From contig NIVC01002283.1 in the NCBI GenBank assembly GCA_002269645.1, positions 123,112-187,111 of the forward strand: a stretch of 64,000 nucleotides of DNA, in the 5' to 3' direction. The stretch comes from Macrostomum lignano. Its lineage: Eukaryota. This document shows positions 22,752-34,000 of this stretch, in pieces. A program made the translations under genes and the position numbers. Numbering within the stretch: position 1 is the first letter of the stretch; every line of letters begins with the position of its first letter. Under the pieces are notes generated by a model. That model made no database searches. It worked only from the letters and a program-made list of their open reading frames with translations, and was not told the origin of the DNA.

Positions 22752-24503
22752 CAGGGGTGGATTTACGGGGGGCGGCTGCCCCCTTGTGGCTGGCGATGAT
22801 GGCGCCCCTTTTTCAATTCTTTGGGCTAAAAAAAATACTCACCGCCCCCAGTTTGCTCAGTACGGCACCCGACTAGTAGTGTATATTATGTCGCCCCTCT
22901 CGTGTATATTATGTCGCCCCTCTCGTGTATATTGTGGCGCCCCTCTCGTGTATATTGTGGCGCCCCTCTCGTGTATATTGTGGCGCCCCTCTCGTGTATA
23001 TTATGTCGCCCCTCTCGTGTATATTGTGGCGCCCCTCTCGTGTATATTGTGGCGCCCCTCTCGTGTATATTATGTCGCCCCTCTCGTGTATATTGTGGCG
23101 CCCCTCTCGTGTATATTGTGGCGCCCCTCTCGTGTATATTGTGGCGCCCCACTCGTGTATATTGTGGCGCCCCTCTCGTGTATATTGTGGCGCCCCTCTC
23201 GTGTATATTGTGGCGCCCCTCTCGTGTATATTGTGGCGCCCCTCTCGTGTATATTGTGGCGCCCCTCTCGTGTATATTGTGGCGCCCCACTCGTGTATAT
23301 TGTGGCGCCCCACTCGTGTATATTGTGGCGCCCCTCTCGTGTATAGTGTGGCGCCCCTCTCGTGTATATTGTGGCGCCCCTCTCGTGTATATTGTGGCGC
23401 CCCACTCGTGTATAGTGTGGCGCCCCACTCGTGTATAGTGTGGCGCCCCTCTCGTGTATATTGTGGCGCCCTTCTCGTGTATATTGTGGCGCCCCACTCG
23501 TGTATATTGTGGCGCCCCTCTCGTGTATATTGTGGTGCCCCTCTCGTGTATATTGTGGCGCCCCACTCGGGTATAGTGTGGCGCCCCTCTCGTGTATATT
23601 GTGGCGCCCCTCTCGTGTATATTGTGGCGCCCCTCTCGTGTATATTGTGGCGCCCCACTCGTGCTCAGTACGGCACCCGACTAGTAGTGTATATTATGTC
23701 GCCCCTCTCGTGTATATTGTGGCGCCCCACTCGTGTATAGTGTGGCGCCCCTCTCGTGTATATTGTGGCGCCCTTCTCGTGTATATTGTGGCGCCCCTCT
23801 CGTGTATATTGTGGCGCCCCTCTCGTGTATATTGTGGCGCTTCTATCTAGTGTATAATATGGCACCCTTTTAGTCTATATTGTGGCGCCCCTCTCGTGTA
23901 CATTGTGGCACCTCTCTAGTGTATATTGTGGCGCCTCTCTAATGTATATTGTGGCGCTTCTATCTAGTGTATATTGTGGCGCCTCTCTAGTGTATATTTT
24001 GACGCCCCTCTCGTGTACATTGTGGCACCTCTCTAGTGTATATTGTGGCGCCTCTCTAATGTATATTGTGGCGCTTCTATCTAGTGTATATTGTGGCGCC
24101 TCTCTAGTGTATATTGTGGCGCTTCTATCTAGTGTAAAGTGTGGCGCCCCTCTAGTGTATATTTTGACGCCCCTCTCGTGTATATTGTGGTGCCCCTCTA
24201 GTGTATATTGTGGTGCTTCTCTAGTGTATATTGTGGCGCTTCTCTAGTGTATATTATGGCACCCTTTTAGTGTATATTGTGGCGCCTCTCTAGTGTATAT
24301 TGTGGCGCCTCTCTAGTGTATATTGTGGCGCTTCAATCTAGTGTAAAGTGTGGCGCCCCTCTTGTGTATATTGTGGCGCCCCACTCGTGTATATTGTGGC
24401 GCTTCTATCTAGTGTATAGTGTGGCGCCCCTCTCGTGTATAGTGTGGCGCCCCACTCGTGTATAGTGTGGCGCCCCCATTCTAATGGTTGAAATCAGCCT
24501 CTG
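22752..24503. mobile_element. Non-autonomous hAT-like element whose interior is a minisatellite
   Basis: Imperfect TIRs CAGGGGTGGATTT / reverse complement CAGAGGCTGATTT (10/13). The 8-bp flanks cttacaga and tttacaac match at 5/8. Confidence 0.5.
22870..24478. repeat. Minisatellite, 23-bp unit (tgtggcgcccctctcgtgtatat), drifting to a ...ctagtgtatat variant after ~23840
   Basis: About 70 copies; explains the ORFs at 22786-24465. Confidence 0.97.
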
Positions 24504-24819
24504 TTTACAACAGCATCACTGTACGTTACAACAAAGAGCGTGATTTCTCTCAAAAAAGCTGATTTGCTGTTATAATATCACAACATCGCAACTTCAGTTG
24601 GCGTAGAGACCAATGACAATCATGCTGTGCTCGTGAAGTCGGTTAATAAAAAACAGTTGACCTTTTCTGGACAGGAGAGCTGAAGGGTTAATGAGATTGA
24701 AAAAAAAACAATTATCTGACAGAGAATGCAAAACCATTGCTGTGAATCATAACTTGTCATTCTGTGTGGCACTCAAATTAACTCATTATTCTTTCTCATA
24801 AAGAAAGAATAAAAGATAG

Positions 24820-25822
24820 TAAGCATCCCCCAGAAAGCAAGCATCCCCCAGATAGCAAACATCCCCCGTAAAGCAAGCATCCCCTCAGATAGCAAGCATC
24901 CCCCAGATAGCAAGCATCCCCCAGATAGCAAACATCCCCCGTAAAGCAAGCATCCCCTCAGATAGCAAGCATCCCCCAGAAAGCAAGCATCCCCCAGATA
25001 GCAAACATCCCCCGTAAAGCAAGCGTCCCCTCAGATAGCAAGCATCCCCCAGATAGCAAACATCCCCCGTAAAGCAAGCATCCCCTCAGATAGCAAGCAT
25101 CCCCCAGATAGCAAGCATCCCCCAGATAGCAAACATCCCCTCAGATAGCAAGCATCCCCTCAGATAGCAAGCATCCCCCAGATAGCAAACATCCCCCGTA
25201 AAGCAAGCATCCCCTCAGATAGCAAGCATCCCCCAGATAGCAAGCATCCCCCAGATAGCAAACATCCCCTCAGATAGCAAGCATCCCCTCAGATAGCAAG
25301 CATCCCCTCAGATAGCAAGCATCCCTCAGATAGCAAGCATCCCCCAGATAGCAAGCATCCCCCAGATAGCAAGCATCCCCCAGATAGCAAGCATCCCCCA
25401 GATAGCAAGCATCCCCCAGATAGCAAGCATCCCCCAGATAGCAAGCATCCCCAGATAGCTAGCATCCCCCAGATAGCAAGCATCCCCCAGATAGCAAGCA
25501 TCCCCCAGATAGCTAGCATCCCCCAGATAGCAAGCATCCCCCAGATAGCAAGCATCCCCCAGATAGCAAGCATCCCCCAGATAGCAAGCATCCCCCAGAT
25601 AGAAAGCATCCCCCAGATAGCAAGCATCCCCCAGATAGCAAGCATCCCCCAGATAGCAAGCATCCCCCAGATAGCAAGCATTCCCAGATAGCAAGCATCT
25701 CCAGATAGCAAGCATCCCCCAGATAGCAAGCATCCCCCAGATAGCAAGCATCCCCAGATAGCAAGCATCCCCCAGATAGCAAGCATCCCCCAGATAGCAA
25801 GCATCCCCCAGATAGCAAGCAT
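24820..25822. repeat. Minisatellite, 18-bp unit (cagatagcaagcatcccc), with higher-order block at the left end
   Basis: Visible tandem copies; MLAIWG/GCLLSG ORFs are artefacts. Confidence 0.97.
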
Positions 25823-26724
25823 TTAGCCGTTGAGGTTTGCCCACAGTCAAGGCTTGATGAGCGAAACTGGAGAAATTTGCCATACGCTCGTAGGGAGTTC
25901 GTAATGAGCTGGTACCACCTGTTGAATGTGCGTCTGGGTGAAGGCCAGTGACCAACGAAGTCTGAGCTAATATAGACTCGTGTGGTCGACGCGCTGATGA
26001 AATTTAGAGGCTTGGCAAGGCTCCGCAAGGCCCTGAGGCACTTGAGTTGATCCTTGTTAATCCTTGGTCTTCGTCGGTATTGATAAAAGTGTTCGACTGT
26101 CTGGGTTCAATTTTAACAGGTTGAAATTCCTTCAGGTGAAACAATTCACTCCACTTTGCAGTGACAATAGCACTGCTGCTGCCAGTGTAGAAAAGTGAGG
26201 ATTTATTTTGCGTGGGAAAACAATGAGACCAACCTGTCAAGCGCTGCATCCTCTTACCGTTCTGCATTTCAGCTCAGCTCCACCGTCGCTAGGGCACTTC
26301 ACGATTCTCTCTCCTCTCTGCGACAGGTGAAATGCATATTACAAGTGAAAAGCTTCATTTTTAATCTGTTTAAAACACGAGAGAAAAACTCAAATTTTAC
26401 ATTTTTTCTATCGCTATTTGTCGATGGTGCCGCTATGATGACTATTACTAATGAGAAAGGGCGCCTGTAGCATAGCTCACCTGCGAGATTGAGATTAAGA
26501 GAACTGACACATTGATTTCTAAATTGTTTGTCCAAAACTTGATATTGGAGTGTAAAGCAAGGCAAAAAAATATCGCGACTTTATAATCGTTGTAGAAATG
26601 TCCGTCGCCGCTACTGAAAGTAGGATATGCTAAAAAGCTCTCAGGGGTTTCTTCGAAAGCAACTTTTATGCGCTGGCCATAGACGAGAGTTGGGCCTGCA
26701 TTTTTTTACCATGAAGCATGATGG

Positions 26725-27010
26725 TAATAATAATTGATTGCACCTGCCCAAGCCAAGGCTAGATGTGCAACCGACAGCTCAGCTGCAGCTACCTTACCTT
26801 CAGACGCACCTGAAGGCTGCGTACGGCTGTTCAGTCAAGGACTGGGGGGATCGCCACACACCCCCAATTACCCCAGCTAATGCTGGCACTCATTTTACAG
26901 CTGGGTGAACTGAAGCAATGCAGAGTTAAGTGTCTTGCTCAAGGACACAGATCGCTTACGGACACCTTTTAGTCGTGAGTCCGACGCTCCAACCACTAGG
27001 GCTGCTACAA
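26725..27010 (-). mobile_element. tRNA-derived CORE-like SINE family A copy (B-box region lost)
   Basis: Its reverse complement matches 56000-56268: ctagtggttggagcgtcggactcacgac, ccttgagcaagacacttaactctgcattgcttcag, ...cgtacgcagccttcag, ggcaggtgcaatcaattattatta. Confidence 0.8.
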
Positions 27011-27639
27011 CCCCATTCAAAGGTACATGATGCATTTAAACAATTGCAGAGGTTAAACTCTCAGAATCTTTTTCCATTGGTTTAAAAAGACCATTAGAAT
27101 TTGGTACAAAATTACAACGCTAGAACCTCCTGCACCTGCAGTGGACAGTACAACTCGGCGCGGATGATGTAGCCTGCCAGCTGGAGTCGCCGACGGCGCA
27201 ACAGGTCGTTCTGACGGAGGCCGCAGATCTATGTGGACCTCGAGGAGTTCCCCTCAGTTGCGAATCGAGGATTTATCATTTCTCCTAGGGGGGGGGGGGG
27301 TCAGCCGACCCCCTTGACACCATAATAATAATATCATTATGTAATCATTATGTAATCCAGCATCATGTGTATAAAGTAAATAGCTACCGTTTGCTTTACA
27401 AAAATACTGTCACTAACCGGAAAAATCTCTTCGATGGTTGATACTATACTCAGCAACAGTCAAAAGTTCCACCCTGCAAGCGATATGAACATTTTTCTCA
27501 CTTATTGCGACAACTTCTCACTCACAATTCAACCCTCAAGTTACGCAACTAAGCCGCCGCGAGGAAGGGAAAGTGGATTGAATCAATAATAAACGTCAGT
27601 TGCACAAAATCATAGCAAATATATTTTATGCAATATGCA

Positions 27640-27960
27640 GCTAGAATCGCGATAACCCGTGTGGGGGATCCCCTCGCACGCAGAAGTGCGGCGACTCTGC
27701 GGGGCATCCCCGGGATGAGGCGGCGTAAAAATTCCTGGGGAAGCTGTTGCCAAACGTTTTCAATGGCATGACGCAGCTCCGCAACATTCTGTGGTGGATT
27801 CTCTTTTCGAATGCTGCGTTGTAGGAAGTCCCAGACATGCTCGATGGGATTCATGTCTGAGGACCGGGAAGCCCAGCGCAGAGTGCGCAGCTGTAGCTGT
27901 TCCTTCAGTTGACTGACGGCATCGGCTTGGTGTGGTGGCGCGTTGTCACCCTGGACAACC
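27640..27960 (-). mobile_element. Tc1/mariner transposase C-terminal fragment
   Basis: QGDNAPPH...WASRSSDMNPIEHVWD...LIPGMPRRVAALLRARG matches the QDNAPxH / SPDLNPIEHVW DDE region. No intact N-terminus or TIRs found. Confidence 0.85.
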
Positions 27961-28659
27961 CCAAGTGGCAGGGGACTTTGAGTTGCATATCTACTCATAC
28001 AGCACAGCCAGTGCACACAGCAAACACCCAGAGGAAACACGCGTCTGTTTTGTCACATGGCTGCATATCCAGTGTCGGAACACATAGAAAAGAACACAAA
28101 AAGGAAGAGAGGAGAAAAAAAATCCAGCTGAATTAAAATACACTTTTCTTACTATGCTTCTCAAGTGTCTTTTCTTGCCTCTATCCATCAAAATTCTGCA
28201 TAATTTACCCACCAGGGGACGCGGGTGCACCCCGTACACTGAGTGAGCTATTTTCAGCGTACCCAGTGCGTACAGCCATGCTATTGTACATTCGGATACA
28301 GAGAGAGAGAGGGGGGCAGAGAAGGAAGGCAGGAGGGAGAAGGGAGCAGCTGCGAGGGTGTGCTTTAGGCAAAGCAGCTGGAACCGCCACATCGTTGGAA
28401 GCGCGCAGTCAGCGTCCAGCGTTCAGATTGTGAATCTGACCTGGTGTGTGCACTTGGCAGTGACCGACTGCTGCGACGTAATTATTGAAAAATTTGGAAT
28501 CACAAACACTTGAGTAGGATAAGTAAGTAAAATTGTTTGAAAATTCATACCGCTCAGTACATGGATAGTTGATATGCCTGTGCAGAATGCTCAAGATTCT
28601 TGCTCAATATCCGGCTATGTTTAAGTTTATTTTTTTGCTATGCCTCTAACACTCTGAGT

Positions 28660-29840
28660 CACTGTCACCCCCTGTCTCTCACTGTAGCACTCTCTGTCTG
28701 TACCACTGTCACCCCCTGTCTCTCACTGTAGCACTCTCTGTCTGTACCACTGTCACCCTGTCTCTCACTGTAGCACTCTCTGTCTGTACCACTGTCACCC
28801 TGTCTCTCACTGTAGCACTCTCTGTCTGTACCACTGTCACCCTGTCTCTCACTGTAGCACTCTCTGTCTGTACCACTGTCACCCTGTCTCTCTCACTGTA
28901 GCACTCTCTGTCTGTACCACTGTCACCCCTGTCTCTCACTGTAGCACTCTCTGTCTGTACCACTGTCACCCCTGTCTCTCACTGTAGCACTCTCTGTCTG
29001 TACCGCTGTCACCCCTGTCTCTCTCACTGTAGCACTCTCTGTCTGTACCGCTGTCACCCCCTGTCTCTCACTGTAGCACTCTCTGTCTGTACCACTGTCA
29101 CCCCTGTCTCTCACTGTAGCACTCTCTGTCTGTACCACTGTCACCCCCTGTCTCTCACTGTAGCACTCTCTGTCTGTACCACTGTCACCCCTGTCTCTCA
29201 CTGTAGCACTCTCTGTCTGTACCACTGTCACCCCCTGTCTCTCACTGTAACACTCTCTGTCTGTACCACTGTCACCCCTGTCTCTCACTGTAGCACTCTC
29301 TGTCTGTACCACTGTCACCCCTGTCTCTCACTGTAGCACTCTCTGTCTGTACCACTGTCACCCCTGTCTCTCTCACTGTAGCACTCTCTGTCTGTACCAC
29401 TGTCACCCCTGTCTCTCACTGTAGCACTCTCTGTCTGTACCACTGTCACCCCTGTCTCTCACTGTAGCACTCTCTGTCTGTACCGCTGTCACCCCTGTCT
29501 CTCTCACTGTAGCACTCTCTGTCTGTACCACTGTCACCCTGTCTCTCACTGTAGCACTCTCTGTCTGTACCACTGTCACCCCTGTCTCTCACTGTAGCAC
29601 TCTCTGTCTGTACCACTGTCACCCCTGTCTCTCACTGTAGCACTCTCTGTCTGTACCTCTGTCACCCCCTGTCTCTCTCACTGTAGCACTCTCTGTCTGT
29701 ACCAACCACTGTCACCCCTGTCTCTCACTGTAGCACTCTCTGTCTGTACCACTGTCACCTTCTGTCTCTCTCACTGTAGCACTCTTTGTCTGTACCGCTG
29801 TCACCCCTGTCTCTCACTGTAGCACTCTCTGTCTGTACCA
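28660..29840. repeat. Minisatellite, 42-45-bp unit (ctgtcacccctgtctctcactgtagcactctctgtctgtacca)
   Basis: Visible tandem copies. Confidence 0.97.
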
Positions 29841-29859
29841 CTGTAACCCCCTGTCTCTA

Positions 29860-30160
29860 TCACTGCCCAACTCCCTGTCTCTTTCACTGTCACCCCTCTG
29901 TCTCTTTCACTGCCCAACTCCCTGTCTCTATCACTGTCACCCTCCCTGTCTCTTTCACTGTCACCCTCCCTGTCTCTATCACTGTCACCCTCCCTGTCTC
30001 TTTCACTGTCACCCTCCCTGTCTCTATCACTGTCACCCTCCCTGTCTCTTTCACTGTCACCCTCCCTGTCTCTTTCACTGTCACCCTCCCTGTCTCTCTC
30101 AATGTCACCCTCACTGTCTCTATCACTGTCACCCTCCCTGTCTCCATCCGTTACTCTCTC
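29860..30160. repeat. Minisatellite, 24-bp unit (tcactgtcaccctccctgtctctt), related to the adjacent 43-bp unit
   Basis: Period 24 (29941, 29965...); shares cactgtcaccc..ctgtctct with the left neighbour. Confidence 0.93.
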
Positions 30161-31005
30161 TGTCACTTTAACTGCCACCCTCTGTGTCATTCTCACTGTC
30201 ACCCTCTCTGTCTCCCTTTGTCGCCGTCTCTGTCTCCCTATCTCATCTACTTCCAAACCTCTCAGTGATCATCTATCTTTTTGCCTTTAATGACTTACGA
30301 GTACTTCAACTTAAACTTTGAAACGTCCATAACACTGTTTGACTTTGCGTTCTGCACTTTGTAAACTGAACAAATGTCCAATGCTTGCTCGAATTTCTTA
30401 TGCATACATCCTGCTTCTGACTTCTCTCCTGTCATTCCCTTCCAGTGCAAAACCAGTCTCCCTATTTCCCATCTTTTACCCTCTATCGATTTCCCTTCCC
30501 CAAAACCGGGATAGAAGGTGACACCTCATTGGTGGCAAGCCTCTGGGATCCTGCCATTGCCAGACGTGAGAAGGGTGAGAAATTATCTGGGCCATCCATA
30601 AAAAGCAGCCTTTGCTCAAGCCAAACTGAAAGCACAGCTCTCTTGTGCTTTCAGGGTAACATCTGGAAAAACTCTGGAAACTCCTATTCTACTGCTGTGC
30701 TTAAAAGTAAGTCGTCAGTCATTTTGGTAAGAACTTCCGAATGTTCCTATTTTCAACAGAAACAAGCTCTTGTATATCTTACGATGCATGTTGCTACACT
30801 GGCTGTGCGTTCTCTAAATAGTTTCTCAAATCGAATCGAATATGCTTTGTATGGACACTGTAGGCACTTTATACTTTCAAAGTGAAGTTAAATAAACACG
30901 CAGACAGAGATACACGACGTAGCTACACTTTGTTCCAAAAGCAACCGATTCACTCACTCTTGAACTTATATTTGACGCGCAGACCTTTGCCAGACTCTCA
31001 AACTA

Positions 31006-34000
31006 ATGGAGCCTGCGACATCGAATGCTTCAGCTGGGGAGAAGAGTCAACACGTGGCAGGTAAGAACCTTGTCTATGACGTAGGTATTGTCACTTTTTG
31101 TCAAAGGCGTCGTCACTACCTTGGAAAGCTTTTCTGTCAGGAACTGTATGGGCAAAGGTATTGTCACCCTTAGTTACTATCGCCTTTCAATGGCCAGTGG
31201 AATCGAACTTGTACCAAGTCATGATTCGGTCATCACCACCTTGTCGAATTACCAAACTTCACAGTTTATAATTCTTTCATCATCGTCAGCAGTGGAGTAG
31301 GCCTCATCAAATTTCTATTTTTCCAGTATCGCTTCAGCAGGCGGACCAGACTGCCTCTTCATCGCTGGTGGCCGCAGAAGACTCCGAGAGCCGCATTCAG
31401 CAGCGACGTCAGCAGCGCAAACGTCGTCGAAATCGCGGCGCTTCCTCGAGTCACCGGCCGCTGCTCTCAAGCGGCGGCGACGCAGCTGGCGCAGTTTTTG
31501 AAGGCGGCCGCGACGAAGATCTGCTGAACGACTTTAATGAAAGCAGCAGCTCGGACAGCGACGTGGACACGGAGCGGAGTTTCCGAGTCATCCGGCCGGT
31601 GTACACTCAGCAGCAGTTCGACGAGAAGCACGGCGGTCGATTAGTCCGGAGACCACTGCTGGCCAGACTGCGGGACAGCGCCAAGAAGTTGGTGACGTGC
31701 GGCGCCGGCTCCGGCCGTAGCGATGATGGAGATGGCGAAAGTGGCCACAATTGCAGCAGAGCAAAGGCGCAGCTTCTAGGCTTTCTGCCATTTATCGGCA
31801 TTCTCAAGCGCTACAACATCCGGGATTGGCTGCTGGCTGACTTCATCTCTGGTAAGATAAAGTTTGGATGAGCATTTTTCTGTTCGTCTGTACTTTAGAT
31901 TTTGCGTTTTTTTGCGTCTGACACAATTTGGCACCTATGACACCCAATTGTCTTAATGCGAAGCCTGATTGATAACCTCTGACACCCGATTGTCCTAATG
32001 CGAGGCCTGATTGATAACCTCTGACACTCGATTGTCCTAATGCGGGGCCTTATTGATCACCTCTGACACCCGATTGTCCTAATGCGAGGCCTGATTGATC
32101 AACCTCTGATACCCAATTTAGCACTGCTGCACTGTTGACACCCGGTTTTAACGCCCCAGATATTCATAATATCTTATGCCTAAAAAAATTTGTTGAAACA
32201 AAATACGAGTTACGCTTGTAAAAAGGGATTTAGTCAGGCATACAAACCTTGAAGCCTGATGCTCTTCGATCTCCAACCCGGTGTTCTCTGTTGTTTACCA
32301 AGAGACTATCTTCCCACCGAAAAATCTTATAGGGGCTCAAAATTCGATTACCCGGTTAATTTTCTTCCCATCCTTGGCTCTAAAGTATACCATGTACTTC
32401 GTTCAGTCTAATCTGCCAAATCCAAACCGATCCAAGATCTATTTTTAGTGACACCTACTTAACCGCATCTGGCAAATGATAGATTTAATAATAAGATCTC
32501 GTATCGATTAGGAATTTCTTGACTCTCTCGTCGAACAATCTGAATTTGTCAGATCGAGAATGATTGATTTTGCCCGAGGGCCAGATGCGAATTCTCGGGA
32601 CGTCGATGGGCCTTGGGATTTTTCTAGACGACTTTTTTACTGATTGATTTTCTGTTCTCGCAAAGAACACGCGCCGACCCGTCAGTTTCTGACAGCCGAG
32701 CTTCGACACGAAATGGGGTCGATTGGATTCGAAATTAAAAATCGTGCTGACCAAAACATTTTTTCGGATTTATTGGCAATCTTTTCTATCGGTTTCAATT
32801 AAAAAATGAATACTGATTCAATAGCTAAATTCCAAGCTCAAACTGCACACTGAGGTTCCGACAGACCGTAAGGCTTACTAAACGAAACAAGAGGTCCATT
32901 TGAGTCGTTACTGAGTCAAGTGCTTGGCATTTTCGCACCTGGTTAATTATAAAGATTGAAATTGTTTACAGACTCCTTTGAACAAGTTAAAAGGGATGAA
33001 AACTGCTAAGGGAATATTTTTGTCATTATAAATATTTTGTTATAATCTTTAATTAATACCTCACTAAAATTTCCACACAGGCCTGACGGTCGGCATCATG
33101 CACATACCCCAGGGCATGGCCTACGCTTTCCTAGCAGAGCTGCCACCCTACATCGGACTCTACACGTCGTTTTTTCCGCCGCTGATCTACTTCTTCTTCG
33201 GCACATCACGCCAGGTATCCATGGGCACGGTGGCCATCATCTCTCTGCTGGTTGGCGGTCTGGTTAGCAAGAATTTCCCAGCTACGCTCGGCTCAGCAGT
33301 TGGTAGCTTTGACAATGAGACAACCACCGCCATAGCCAGTCAGCAGTTGACGCTTGAGTTGAATGGCAACGATAGCACGGTGGGGTCCGGCTCACCGTTC
33401 CAGTGGAGCTCCGACCCCGTCAGCAGGAATCGGGTTGCGCTGGCTTGCGTTACCTGCCTGTGCGTTGGCCTCATCCAGGTGATTATAAAATGTATGATGT
33501 TCAAGGTCTCTAAATGGTATTGAAGTTTCGTCTGGCTGCATCTGGCTGGCATGAGGCGTTGTCGACGCCTCATCTCGAAGCTAATTTTCCCCGCAGATAT
33601 TGCGATTTGGTAAGAAGTAAAACCCTGTCGCTAAATAAGACACCGGTTGACTCGCAGACAGGGAGGAGTCAAGCAGTCATGCCCCTTCCACTAAGCCCTG
33701 AGCACAACACGCACACGAATAGAATATGTACACTGCAGCCACGCATTCACACAGTGTGTACAGGGTGACTTTTTCGTCGTCAGCCATGTACACTCTGTCT
33801 GCCTTGGGGGTTAGCCCTCATACACTTTAATCACACAACAAGCCCCTTATGAACCTCAAATTTTCGAACCTTTAGAGCCTCGGTTTGTTGCTAGTTTAAT
33901 TTACTTGTAAATGCATAAAATGCCCGCATATTTTATTAATCATTTTCCCAGCTTGCGATGGGTGTCCTGCGGCTCGGATTTCTAACGCGCTACCTCAGCG

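Noticed and set aside
22621-24692. Possible piggyBac ends (ttaacctt ... gaagggttaa)
   Set aside because: The ends are not inverted repeats beyond the TTAA and a few bases.
25822-26330. Coding-looking fragments on the minus strand (RINKDQLKCLRALRSL...)
   Set aside because: No recognisable domain, frames are broken and run into a minisatellite. Possibly a decayed TE but not supportable.
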